The position numbers were made by a program, and so were the translations under genes. Positions 48,581-57,045 of a DNA stretch of 64,000 nucleotides are shown here, piece after piece. The stretch is from a virus. Position 1 is the stretch's first letter; every line of letters begins with the position of its first letter. The notes beneath the pieces were generated by a model. The model ran no database searches, was not told the DNA's origin, and saw only the letters and a list, made by a program, of their open reading frames with translations. The stretch spans positions 12,303 to 76,302 of the IMG/VR virus record IMGVR_UViG_3300046514_000653; one strand, given 5' to 3'.

Positions 48581-48910
48581 TTAATCCCTCCAGATTGGAA
48601 CAGGGACTGTCTGTCCGCGGAGTTTATGAGCGCAGTCCATGAGGAATTGGATCTGCCCGTCCTTTACGTAAATGTGACAGATACGTGCCGGGTCGTCCTT
48701 AAAGCAGACGAGTGAAGGCAGGAATGTAGGTTTGGTTAACGACCCATTCCAGGTCCATTGTGGACGTTGTGCCGCGTCTCCGCCGACATGATAGGGATGA
48801 TCAAAGCCGCAGCCGGGACAGTGGAAGACAAAGATCCTCTGCCCTCCATGCTTCGGATATTCGTGTATTACATCCTCTGCGCTTGTCTTCTGTTCTATTA
48901 CTGGTTCCAT
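48581..48910 (-). CDS. DUF6527-like zinc-binding protein
   Basis: FHCPGCG..H, WTWNGS..KPTF.PSL, CH.YVKDGQIQFL.DC.H. Confidence 0.75.
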   Translation of the reverse strand: MEPVIEQKTSAEDVIHEYPKHGGQRIFVFHCPGCGFDHPYHVGGDAAQRPQWTWNGSLTKPTFLPSLVCFKDDPARICHIYVKDGQIQFLMDCAHKLRGQTVPVPIWRD

Positions 48911-49254
48911 GGCAGATTCCTTGTCTTCAACTTCATCCATCCTCCGCCGACCTGATCCGCCACCACCTCATTCACGTCGTAATCTACTCCATTGAGAGTA
49001 GCTGTGTCGCCTTTGCGCGGGCGCCGAGATAAGGCAAGGAATGTAGAAGAAGCAATCCACAAGTGCAAAAGAGCAGACCCAGGATTTGACCCAGGTACAT
49101 AATCGTCTTGAAATTGCGGGTCAGATTGAGTGGCAATGACATTGAAGTCGGCTCCATTAGGACGCGGGTGGATGATGATGGAGAAGTCCGAAACAGCGGA
49201 TTCAATGGCCGCATCCGCATCCTGAAATAATTGTGCGAAGTTGGATAGAGCCAT
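48898..49254 (-). CDS. head-tail joining protein (gpFII-like)
   Basis: PRKGDTATLNGVDYDV.EV..D..GG; synteny. Confidence 0.7.
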   Translation of the reverse strand: MALSNFAQLFQDADAAIESAVSDFSIIIHPRPNGADFNVIATQSDPQFQDDYVPGSNPGSALLHLWIASSTFLALSRRPRKGDTATLNGVDYDVNEVVADQVGGGWMKLKTRNLPWNQ

Positions 49255-49273
49255 GGTGTAGCTGCACTCGCGG

Positions 49274-49284
49274 CTGGTTACTAG
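49274..49284. repeat. palindrome site (10/11) in extended inverted repeat CGCGGCTGGTTACTAGCCGCG
   Basis: Intergenic, upstream of 49254. Confidence 0.8.
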
Positions 49285-49293
49285 CCGCGCAGA

Positions 49294-49725
49294 TTAGTGG
49301 ACTCCGTACATCGAGCCGTTGACGAGAGCGGAAGCGTCAACAGACCATTTCATGCCATTGCGGAAACGGGTTTGGTTCAAAGGGATCACCCAGGTTGTTT
49401 TCGCTGCTATAGGTGAAGCGGAGAAGAGCGCGAAAGGCGTCGGGCTCTGCATGTCCTGGATGGTAAGGTTGTGAGAAACAGTATCTGTGTTGGAGATGAC
49501 CAGGACGATGATATCCACGTCTGTGTTTGTCGTGCCGCCTTCAAGGACAGTCGCGAAGCCAAGTGAGGTTGGGATCGTCTGCATCGTCACGTGCATAGGA
49601 CGGCCGGAGGTAGCAGCATGAACGGAGAGAGGCGGATTGGATATGGGGAGCACGAAGACAAACAGGGCGCTCAATAAAAGCAGGCCGAAGGCACCTAAAT
49701 AACGTTTGAAAGTCATGCTCTCCAT
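49294..49725 (-). CDS. signal-peptide-bearing small beta-sandwich protein in head module
   Basis: KRYLGAFGLLLLSALFVFVL...SVHA-A; RBS GAGGAG. Confidence 0.65.
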   Translation of the reverse strand: MESMTFKRYLGAFGLLLLSALFVFVLPISNPPLSVHAATSGRPMHVTMQTIPTSLGFATVLEGGTTNTDVDIIVLVISNTDTVSHNLTIQDMQSPTPFALFSASPIAAKTTWVIPLNQTRFRNGMKWSVDASALVNGSMYGVH

Positions 49726-49756
49726 TCTCCTCTACCTTCTTAAATTACTGCGCACG

Positions 49757-50239
49757 CTAATTCGTGCATTCCATAAAATACACTTCGATCTCCAGAACGC
49801 CGGCAGTCAGAGCGGCGACAGCGACAGTGCAGGTGATCTTACCTGCGGCTGTCATCTTGAACGCAGAGCCCGCAGTAAAGACCGGGATGAGTGGAAGGAT
49901 GGCATTGAGCGAGTAGGTCGCAACCGCGGTAGCTGCCTTAAGGGAAGCCGCGGAGGACCCGGCGCTTGTGCCGATGGCAATTGTTGCCGTAGCTCCAGCT
50001 AGAGCTGTCGTAGGGATGGCGAGACCACCAAAGACAATAGCATTGGCTGGGATCACTGCATTACGTACAGGAGTGATCAGACCAATAACTCCGCCGTCTG
50101 CGGCAAAGTTATAGATGGCCTTTGCCTTACGCATAAGACCGACGCCTTCCTGTGAAGCCTTCTGGAAGCGGGTGGCGTTTGCGCCTTGCAGTCCGAAGAA
50201 TGGGGCGATGATGGGAGAGCCGGGACGAGTGATTGCCAT
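49757..50239 (-). CDS. capsid cement / spike-base-like protein
   Basis: IPANAIV...TALAGATATIAIGT jelly-roll pattern; RBS AAGGAG. Confidence 0.6.
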   Translation of the reverse strand: MAITRPGSPIIAPFFGLQGANATRFQKASQEGVGLMRKAKAIYNFAADGGVIGLITPVRNAVIPANAIVFGGLAIPTTALAGATATIAIGTSAGSSAASLKAATAVATYSLNAILPLIPVFTAGSAFKMTAAGKITCTVAVAALTAGVLEIEVYFMECTN

Positions 50240-50286
50240 AGGGTGCTATAGCTCCTTTGTTTACGGTCTTAAAAAAGACTCTATAT

Positions 50287-50568
50287 CTACTTCTTATTTT
50301 GGCGCTTCGGCTTATAGCCAGAGGAGCTAACAGGTTCTGGGACTACGGGCTTCTTAACTACTTGCGTGGCGCTACTTGCTACATCGGTCATCGGCTCAAT
50401 ATGCCGCTGTTCGTACAGCAATTTCAATCGGCGTGGCGGAAGAGATTCCATTGGGAGTACTGATCCCGCAGGCAACATCACCCCCTCTCGGAGCAGCGGC
50501 CGGGCGGTCCGGAATTGCGGGACTCCCGCGGCTACTACGTCCTTAAACTTTGCTCTCTTTTGCAGCAC
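50287..50568 (-). CDS. hypothetical protein
   Basis: GTG 50568 with RBS AAGGGG. Confidence 0.55.
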   Translation of the reverse strand: MLQKRAKFKDVVAAGVPQFRTARPLLREGVMLPAGSVLPMESLPPRRLKLLYEQRHIEPMTDVASSATQVVKKPVVPEPVSSSGYKPKRQNKK

Positions 50569-50902
50569 GTTTCCCCTTCTTCTTGCCGTTCTCGGTCCCG
50601 TTCTCAGACAATGCACTGATGCTATCGCCGATGCCAGTGAGACGCGCGTGACGCATGGCAATGGCCATGGAGTTGGAGACTCCAGACATCCGCGCTCGCC
50701 GCGGAGCAGCAATCCTACGCGCTTCTGCCGCCGCCGCAGCCTGAAGACTTTCTTCCTTCGCCAGATGCTCGATGTGAAGATGCAGAGAATGTTGTGTCTC
50801 TGCAATCACCGTTAGCTCTGCAGGACCAAGGGACCGGTGCTGACAAAAGATGTAATGATCCAGCGAGGCTAGAAGCACGCGAGACTTTTCAAGATCCGTC
50901 AT
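50543..50902 (-). CDS. hypothetical protein
   Basis: ATG 50902 with RBS AAGGGG; follows MCP. Confidence 0.55.
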   Translation of the reverse strand: MTDLEKSRVLLASLDHYIFCQHRSLGPAELTVIAETQHSLHLHIEHLAKEESLQAAAAAEARRIAAPRRARMSGVSNSMAIAMRHARLTGIGDSISALSENGTENGKKKGKRAAKESKV

Positions 50903-50956
50903 AACCGATCCCCTTCCAAATGATTCAACCAACCTTCACCGAAAGCGCTCTAAGAT

Positions 50957-51982
50957 TTAGCTGACTGCGCCGGAGATGAACGCGCCCATTTCCTTCGCGG
51001 TCTGCTGATAGATGTAGGCCAACTCCATCTCGACGCGAGTGGACTCGTTCTCGTCGATGTAGAAGCTCTTCATGCGGCCACCGAGAGCAGAAGCACCCAG
51101 ATAGCCGTTCCAGGAGTAGCAGAAGCCAGAGCCGGGGATGCCGAGCCCTGCGGACTGCGGCGTGTAGACCAACAGCACATGCTTGCCGCCGATGAACGCA
51201 TTGGTCTCGGTAGCGTTGATCGAGGTGCCACCCGAGTCCGGACCAACACCCTCTTCGCCGTTGTTGACGATGCCATCCATGACCAGCACTTCTTCGAGTT
51301 CGAAGAGCTGAGCCATGGCGCGTTTCGCCACCTGTGCAGGCGCGTCGTTGGTGCCACCGAACTTGATGCGCTCAATGAAGTCCGGATGATCACAGAGTTT
51401 GTCGAAGACCTGGCGACCGAGAACCATCTTGTTCGGACGCATCAGGCCAGCGAGCTGCACGCGATTCTTGAGATCGCGGATGTCGGCGATGGGAGTGGAC
51501 CCGGTGTAGTCATCCCATTGCTGAACAGAAGTACCTGCGGTCGCGCCGGAGGTAACGCCAGTGATGTCGGTCGTCCACAGGCCGGAGTTGAAGAAGGCCG
51601 TCGCCCACGACTGCTCCTTGTTGATCATGGCCTGCTGGGTCAGATACTTCGTGGCGTCGGCGTCCAAGTTGAACGGGAAGTCGGCGTTGGCACGAGTCTG
51701 ATCGTCGATGTCACGATGCAATGCCCACACGTCGGCGGTGTAGGTGCTGTTGGACACCCGATACCCGGAACCTGCCGACTGCGCCCCGGCTGCACGCTTG
51801 CGGAAACCGTTGCGGTTGAAGTCTGCACGCGAATAGATCGCGTACAGGTCCGATTGTTTGCTGACTGGAATGACGGGGAAGACTCGATCCGCGACGAACG
51901 AAGCCTCCTCCTGCATCCAAGCAAGGCTGAGATTGGTGAGGAATCCGTTTACGTGTACATCACCCTGTGTTGGCTGACCCAT
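50957..51982 (-). CDS. major capsid protein (HK97 fold, gpE-like)
   Basis: LTNLSLAW.QE...FVADRVFP.IPV.KQS, PN.MVLG..VF..L..HP; strong RBS. Confidence 0.9.
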   Translation of the reverse strand: MGQPTQGDVHVNGFLTNLSLAWMQEEASFVADRVFPVIPVSKQSDLYAIYSRADFNRNGFRKRAAGAQSAGSGYRVSNSTYTADVWALHRDIDDQTRANADFPFNLDADATKYLTQQAMINKEQSWATAFFNSGLWTTDITGVTSGATAGTSVQQWDDYTGSTPIADIRDLKNRVQLAGLMRPNKMVLGRQVFDKLCDHPDFIERIKFGGTNDAPAQVAKRAMAQLFELEEVLVMDGIVNNGEEGVGPDSGGTSINATETNAFIGGKHVLLVYTPQSAGLGIPGSGFCYSWNGYLGASALGGRMKSFYIDENESTRVEMELAYIYQQTAKEMGAFISGAVS

Positions 51983-52005
51983 CGAGTTTCTCCTTCAAAA
52001 AGTTA

Positions 52006-52035
52006 TTGACAAATTCACTGCAACTGGACTACACT
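52006..52035 (+). promoter_or_regulatory. sigma70-type promoter antisense to the late operon
   Basis: TTGACA (52006-52011), 18 bp, TACACT (52030-52035); shares AGTTATTGACAAA with the 21081 promoter. Confidence 0.7.
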
Positions 52036-52071
52036 CCTTGGTGAGAGGAGTGCAGCCAGATCAAACGAACC

Positions 52072-52449
52072 TTAGACCCGAACCCCATTGGCCGGAAGCA
52101 GTTCAACCGCGGCCAGGACATCCGCGCCTTGCGACGTGATGGTCTGCCGAGCGATGGCCACCGCGATACCCGCGGCCAGAATCTGAAGCTTGCCGCCTAT
52201 TGCCACTTCGAGCTGCGTCACTCCATCGGTGATCGCATTGCCGGAGGCAAGGACAGCCTTGGTGATGCCGGCGACGGCAATCGTCCCCGCCTGTCCGCTC
52301 TTCGGATTGTTCTGTAAGATGCCGTCAATGGCCTTCGCGGCATTGGCAACGGTCTTGTTGTTGATTGCGAAGTACTGCTTCGCCGACAGATCGGAACTGG
52401 CCACGATTGTCCGGGTATTAAAAGTCAGATTCTCTTCAAATGGCGGCAT
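52072..52449 (-). CDS. head decoration / cement protein
   Basis: ASSDLSAKQY, GILQNNPKSGQA; lies between protease and MCP. Confidence 0.75.
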   Translation of the reverse strand: MPPFEENLTFNTRTIVASSDLSAKQYFAINNKTVANAAKAIDGILQNNPKSGQAGTIAVAGITKAVLASGNAITDGVTQLEVAIGGKLQILAAGIAVAIARQTITSQGADVLAAVELLPANGVRV

Positions 52450-52485
52450 GACAGGACTCCTTCAAAACTTGAATTCGACTACAAA

Positions 52486-52496
52486 CTAATAACTAG
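52486..52496. repeat. palindrome site (10/11) CTAATAACTAG
   Basis: Intergenic, upstream of decoration gene. Confidence 0.75.
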
Positions 52497-52558
52497 CCCA
52501 AGCGAATCAGGCAGGAGCGGCGTAACTGGTTACGAGGCAGTGCCGCTCCATTTTGTAC

Positions 52559-54460
52559 TTACGCCCGATGTCCACAAAGGCCGATAGCAGCGAGCCGCGG
52601 TCCGAGTTCGCTGAGATACTTGCGCTTGGAACCAGGGCTGGAAAGCGCCACGTCGCGGCTGTCTTCGTACTGCATGTACAGCCCGCGATTCTGGCGCATG
52701 ACCTGCATGATCACGTCCGAACGCTTCATGTTCGGATTCTGAGAAGCCGCGAGTGTGACGGCCTGATTGAACGTCAGCAGCGGATCAGCGCCGGTTACGG
52801 CCGGGACTCCAAATTTCGGGTCGACGCCAGAGGCGAGGGCTTCCGCGCGAGAATCGCGAAGCTTCTTGCGCACGTCGGCGACGGGAGTGTTGGACTGCAC
52901 GAAGCCGAGAAAGAGATTCTCCTGGCCAGCGATAGCGCAGAGTTCCCCGATGTCGTCAATCTCGGTGCGCGAGAGGATTGCAGGGGATGCGCCGGTTGCG
53001 GCCGGATTGGGAGCAGCAGCGGCCGGGATGATGGTCTGGTCGGGGGGCATAGGAGTCTCCTTTGGTTGTACAGCAGTTGTGGAAATTGGAAGCGGAGCAG
53101 CCGTAGAAGCGGGAGCCGCAGTGGAAATGAAATGAGTCGTGCCGTTAATCAGCACAGTGATGCCATCGGTGGATTGGGAAAGCAGCGTAGCTTGGGACTT
53201 CTTGCTGTCATTATCCCCGTCTCCATCCGTCATCGGCACTTTGCCGGTCCCGCCACAGGTCTCGCAGGTCTTATCATCGACCATTCCGGTGCCATGACAA
53301 GCAGAGCATGCTTTTTGGCTGGCTGCGAGAGGAGCAGGGGGAGTAGCAACAGGAGCAGCAACCGGAGCAGCTACAGGAAGAACGGCGACTGGGGCCGGGG
53401 TTGAAGTCGGGATTGCTGGCGTTTCGACTGTCGGTGGCATCGTTACCTCCTCTGCTGATACAGCATCGGACGTTGCCGCCGCACGTCTAAGAGGAATTGT
53501 AGCACCGTTGTCAAGTGGCTTGCGAGACATTTCTGCAAGAGCGTCTTCGAAGGTGCCTACTGCGTCGGCCAGAAGTGGGACCGCGGTGATGCCGTTGTAG
53601 ATCCCGGCTTCGGTGTCCTTGATCTTTCCAAAGCTCTCTTTCCGGTTCTTTGCCACAAGGTTGACAAACATATCCCCCTGGCGATTGATCTCGGCCTGCA
53701 GGTCGGAGCGAGCGGAAGAGGAAAGAGCGGCGTGCTCGTTTCCTTCTGTCTTCTTAGCCCCGTACTTTACGTACTCGTACTTGAGCCCGGCGATTTTGTC
53801 GGCTCCGGATTGATCGCAATGAAGTGAGAAGACTCCGATACTGCCAACTGCACCGGTGATAGAGACGAAGATTTTGTCGCAGCAAGAGGCAATAGCGTAG
53901 GCCGCGGACGCTGCAAGGTGCTTAGCCACGGCGTAAAGAGGCTTCTGTCGTTTAGAAGTAGATAGTGTATTGCAAAGCTCGAATAATCCATGCGTCGAGC
54001 CTCCTGGGGAGTTGATCTTGAGCAAGATGCCGCGGACGGAAGCATCGTTCAAGGCTGAAGTAAAGGACTTCGCGATTCCGGAGTAGGAAGAGAAGCCGCA
54101 GAGCGCCGACATCCAACTCCCTTGGTCCATAAGTGCGCCATTGACCGGGATGACTGCAATACCATCTCCCTGGATGTCATAGGTGCGCGAGCTGGAAGAG
54201 GAAGATGGGGTATCTTCAAAATCGTCATCTTCATCGTCATCCCATGCCAGCGTAAACGCGCGTTTGGGATCGTCGGACTGCACCAGGAATGCGTTCAACG
54301 CAGTTGCATCGAACACCAGCCGCTCGCCTACTGCCTGAAGCATCGATTCGACTGCCGATTCCTCAATTGCCAGAGGAGTGTCGAAGATCAGGCCAGCGAC
54401 GTTGGTGAGAGGAGCTTTCCGACCACTCATCCCCGCTTGTCTTTTTGTAAAGTTAGTCAT
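52559..54460 (-). CDS. S49 family prohead protease fused to scaffold region
   Basis: AVIPVNGAL, INSPGG, AASAAY, VGSIGV, K.EGN; C-terminal Pro/Ala linker with CxxCxGxG pair. Confidence 0.9.
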   Translation of the reverse strand: MTNFTKRQAGMSGRKAPLTNVAGLIFDTPLAIEESAVESMLQAVGERLVFDATALNAFLVQSDDPKRAFTLAWDDDEDDDFEDTPSSSSSSRTYDIQGDGIAVIPVNGALMDQGSWMSALCGFSSYSGIAKSFTSALNDASVRGILLKINSPGGSTHGLFELCNTLSTSKRQKPLYAVAKHLAASAAYAIASCCDKIFVSITGAVGSIGVFSLHCDQSGADKIAGLKYEYVKYGAKKTEGNEHAALSSSARSDLQAEINRQGDMFVNLVAKNRKESFGKIKDTEAGIYNGITAVPLLADAVGTFEDALAEMSRKPLDNGATIPLRRAAATSDAVSAEEVTMPPTVETPAIPTSTPAPVAVLPVAAPVAAPVATPPAPLAASQKACSACHGTGMVDDKTCETCGGTGKVPMTDGDGDNDSKKSQATLLSQSTDGITVLINGTTHFISTAAPASTAAPLPISTTAVQPKETPMPPDQTIIPAAAAPNPAATGASPAILSRTEIDDIGELCAIAGQENLFLGFVQSNTPVADVRKKLRDSRAEALASGVDPKFGVPAVTGADPLLTFNQAVTLAASQNPNMKRSDVIMQVMRQNRGLYMQYEDSRDVALSSPGSKRKYLSELGPRLAAIGLCGHRA

Positions 54461-54472
54461 CGGATGTCTCGG

Positions 54473-54483
54473 CTAGTTCCTAG
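54473..54483. repeat. palindrome site (10/11) CTAGTTCCTAG
   Basis: Intergenic, upstream of S49 gene. Confidence 0.75.
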
Positions 54484-54509
54484 CGAATAACAATAACACA
54501 ATTTTGCCA

Positions 54510-56348
54510 CTATTTGTTTTTTGGCTTCGGAGCTGGAGTCGGCGGAGCGGCTGGTTTAATGACACCCGACTTACTCGGTACTGCGGTCGGAGCCCCTTCT
54601 TCATCCGCTTGCGGATTAGATTCACGGCCAATCAGGATCTTGCGTGGATCGGAGTCGAGTACAAGACCGAGACCATCGGCGCGTTTGTTATCCGCGGCAA
54701 TTTGATTCATCACAACAGCGATGTCGTCGCCACGTTCGGCCACTACACGCTCTAGAGAAGTCGCGCCCATGCGGATGGAAGTCAACGCTGCATCTGCATC
54801 TTTCTGCGGATCAATCCACGGCCATCCCGCAGGCGCCCAAGTGATCTTTTCGTACTGACTCGGGTCCTTTGAGTAGTTTTTTAGTTTCAAAACACCAGCA
54901 AAAACAGCCTCTTTGACGAATCTGACCGCGACTCGCTGGCAGAACTGCGAGATCATCACATTGCGCTGAAACTGCTCAATTTTGCGCCGAACATTGAGTA
55001 AACCGACGCGAATGGACGATAAATTGACCTTTTCCAAGTCTCCGCAGAGCTGTTCGTAGCTTGTATAGCCCAATCCTTGCGCCAGTTTATGCAACTGCAC
55101 CTTCATGAACATCTCGAAATCCGACTCGGCCGGAAGATTCGGGACGGTCATCTTCTCCCCGGACTGTAAATACTGGATGGTACCGGGCTCCAGGACGATG
55201 TTTTCGACACCTGGAGGCGGAGAAGCGGGGATTGGAGTGTTCGGATCGTTTGGAGCATCCGTTGCGTCGACGGTCGACGGGATTGTCTTTGCAGTCAGGT
55301 CTACTTTTTCTACAAAGAAGGAAAACATCTGCTGAATCTTCTTTTTGACCAGTGAAGCGTCGGTATATTGGTCAATTTCGTAAAGAAGAGTGAGCACTGG
55401 AGCCATGTGCGGCTCGCCGCGGAGCTGGCCGCAGCGGTCAACTTCATAGCAGTGCATGATTTCTGAAGCTGGAATACGCTGGTATTGAGTCCCTTCCAGG
55501 GGGAAAAACATGGTTTCGCCGGGGTTTTGCTTGAAGAAATGGTACGCAGTCTTGCGTCCGGCCTTGTTAAACTCGATGCCGACACGGATTGAGGAACCGG
55601 GCTCTGCCTGTGTCGTCGTTCCATCGCCATTGTTCAGCACATTCCGCCAAATAGGAAGCTGTTCTGAGGGAAGGATCTCGACTTGATAAGGTACCTTCAG
55701 CCCTGCCCCGTCCGCAGTGCTGTAAACGCGATGATGACCGAAAGCCTCGCCGCCGACATAGATCTCGCCGGCAAGAAGAGCTTGAAGTGCGTAGAAGTTC
55801 ATCTGACCGAGCGGATCGCAGTCTGTACTCTCTGCCCACTGCCTCCATGCGGTCTCAATTGCTTTCTTATCGGCTTCGTCCGCATCCCAGCTAGGCCGGA
55901 TGCCGTTACCAATGACTTCAGAACGGAAGTTGCGGAAGGCGGAGCGTGCGTACCCGTTGTCTCTAACCTGCTCCCAGGACCTGGCGCGGAGTTCTTCGAT
56001 AGAAGAGAGTAGAAGAGTAGTGGGACCGAGACGCGAGCCCACCCAGCCATAGCCGCGGCGTCCATGCCCGGCCCCTTCATACCCGCGTCCACTACTCGCG
56101 CGCACGCCACGAGAGTCCTGTCCAGGGTCATACACCTGCTTCTGCTGCTTTACTACGTCCGGGGAAATGAACTTAGCCAGCGACGTACGTGCCGACGCTA
56201 AAGTGCGCGAGAGCAGACTTGGTTGTGGAGCTGGCGACACCTTCCGGAACTTCTCCATGCGCAGGACATTGCTCTTCTGTCCAGGGGTTGTAGTGAGTGG
56301 AAGAGCAGGAGGAGCTGGACCAGGACGTGCAGATGTCGCCATGCTCAA
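54510..56348 (-). CDS. portal protein, lambda family
   Basis: YEGAG.GRR..GW, LRARS...RDNGYA, GQLRGEP, GDL..VNLSSIR.GLL, WIDPQKD. Confidence 0.95.
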   Translation of the reverse strand: MSMATSARPGPAPPALPLTTTPGQKSNVLRMEKFRKVSPAPQPSLLSRTLASARTSLAKFISPDVVKQQKQVYDPGQDSRGVRASSGRGYEGAGHGRRGYGWVGSRLGPTTLLLSSIEELRARSWEQVRDNGYARSAFRNFRSEVIGNGIRPSWDADEADKKAIETAWRQWAESTDCDPLGQMNFYALQALLAGEIYVGGEAFGHHRVYSTADGAGLKVPYQVEILPSEQLPIWRNVLNNGDGTTTQAEPGSSIRVGIEFNKAGRKTAYHFFKQNPGETMFFPLEGTQYQRIPASEIMHCYEVDRCGQLRGEPHMAPVLTLLYEIDQYTDASLVKKKIQQMFSFFVEKVDLTAKTIPSTVDATDAPNDPNTPIPASPPPGVENIVLEPGTIQYLQSGEKMTVPNLPAESDFEMFMKVQLHKLAQGLGYTSYEQLCGDLEKVNLSSIRVGLLNVRRKIEQFQRNVMISQFCQRVAVRFVKEAVFAGVLKLKNYSKDPSQYEKITWAPAGWPWIDPQKDADAALTSIRMGATSLERVVAERGDDIAVVMNQIAADNKRADGLGLVLDSDPRKILIGRESNPQADEEGAPTAVPSKSGVIKPAAPPTPAPKPKNK

Positions 56349-56364
56349 GAGAATAACTCAATCG

Positions 56365-56375
56365 CTGGTTACTAG
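56365..56375. repeat. palindrome site (10/11) CTGGTTACTAG
   Basis: Intergenic, upstream of portal. Confidence 0.8.
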
Positions 56376-56394
56376 CAAGTTGAAACGAGATTGT

Positions 56395-56787
56395 CTAACT
56401 CAATCGTTCTAATGGAAGTAGCAATTCTAAAACTGGCTTATCTGCTGGAAGCGCTGTCCATGTGAGCACGTTCGTCAAATATGCACTGGTGTTATTCTCA
56501 TTTGGCGGAGCCCACTGAGCGATGATCTGCCGCACTGTTTGACCTTCAGCCACCTGTAGCCAGAGTTGACGATAAAGAGCAGTCACACCTTCCGTCAATG
56601 TCTTAAAGGTAGCAATGGGATGGCCACCACCGGGCGGTACAACCGCATTTAGCTGATTGCTGAAGCGCAAATCCCCAGGATTATTCTGCATCGCTGGAGT
56701 ATCGTGACCAAGAAAGAAACCTTCTTGCTGAGCAATGGCACAAGCAAGGAGGCTAACTGGATCAATAGGACGCATAGTTTCTACCAC
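56395..56787 (-). CDS. lysozyme-like (NNPG-type) protein
   Basis: AIAQQEG, NNPGDLR, F.T..EG..AL, IIAQWAPPNENNTSAY. Confidence 0.75.
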   Translation of the reverse strand: MVETMRPIDPVSLLACAIAQQEGFFLGHDTPAMQNNPGDLRFSNQLNAVVPPGGGHPIATFKTLTEGVTALYRQLWLQVAEGQTVRQIIAQWAPPNENNTSAYLTNVLTWTALPADKPVLELLLPLERLS

Positions 56788-56987
56788 CCTTTGTGCGTCA
56801 CTACCCGGCTCTGTCGGATCACAGGGGCGCCGCTCGAAGATCCCATGTCTGCAATGATCAGATTTCGCGCTTCAATCAATTCCTGCATACTTCGATAAGT
56901 CACCGTGCGATTCTGAAACTTCACCTCAGTAACGTTATTCGTGATTGCTTTGTTAATCGCATCCAGGTCGGACTGACTGAAAGGCAT
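56781..56987 (-). CDS. gpW-like head completion protein
   Basis: FSQSDLDAINKAI...V.F..RTVTYRSMQEL. Confidence 0.85.
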   Translation of the reverse strand: MPFSQSDLDAINKAITNNVTEVKFQNRTVTYRSMQELIEARNLIIADMGSSSGAPVIRQSRVVTHKGW

Positions 56988-57045
56988 GAGATCAATACTC
57001 CTATTTCTAGAGTCTACTAGAAACAGGCTTGACTAGAAATACCGA

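Noticed and set aside
4755-52536. Weaker palindrome variants (4755 GTAGTCACTAC, 11168 with an extra base, 30898, 52526)
   Set aside because: Two or more differences from consensus; not counted, though they may be low-affinity sites.
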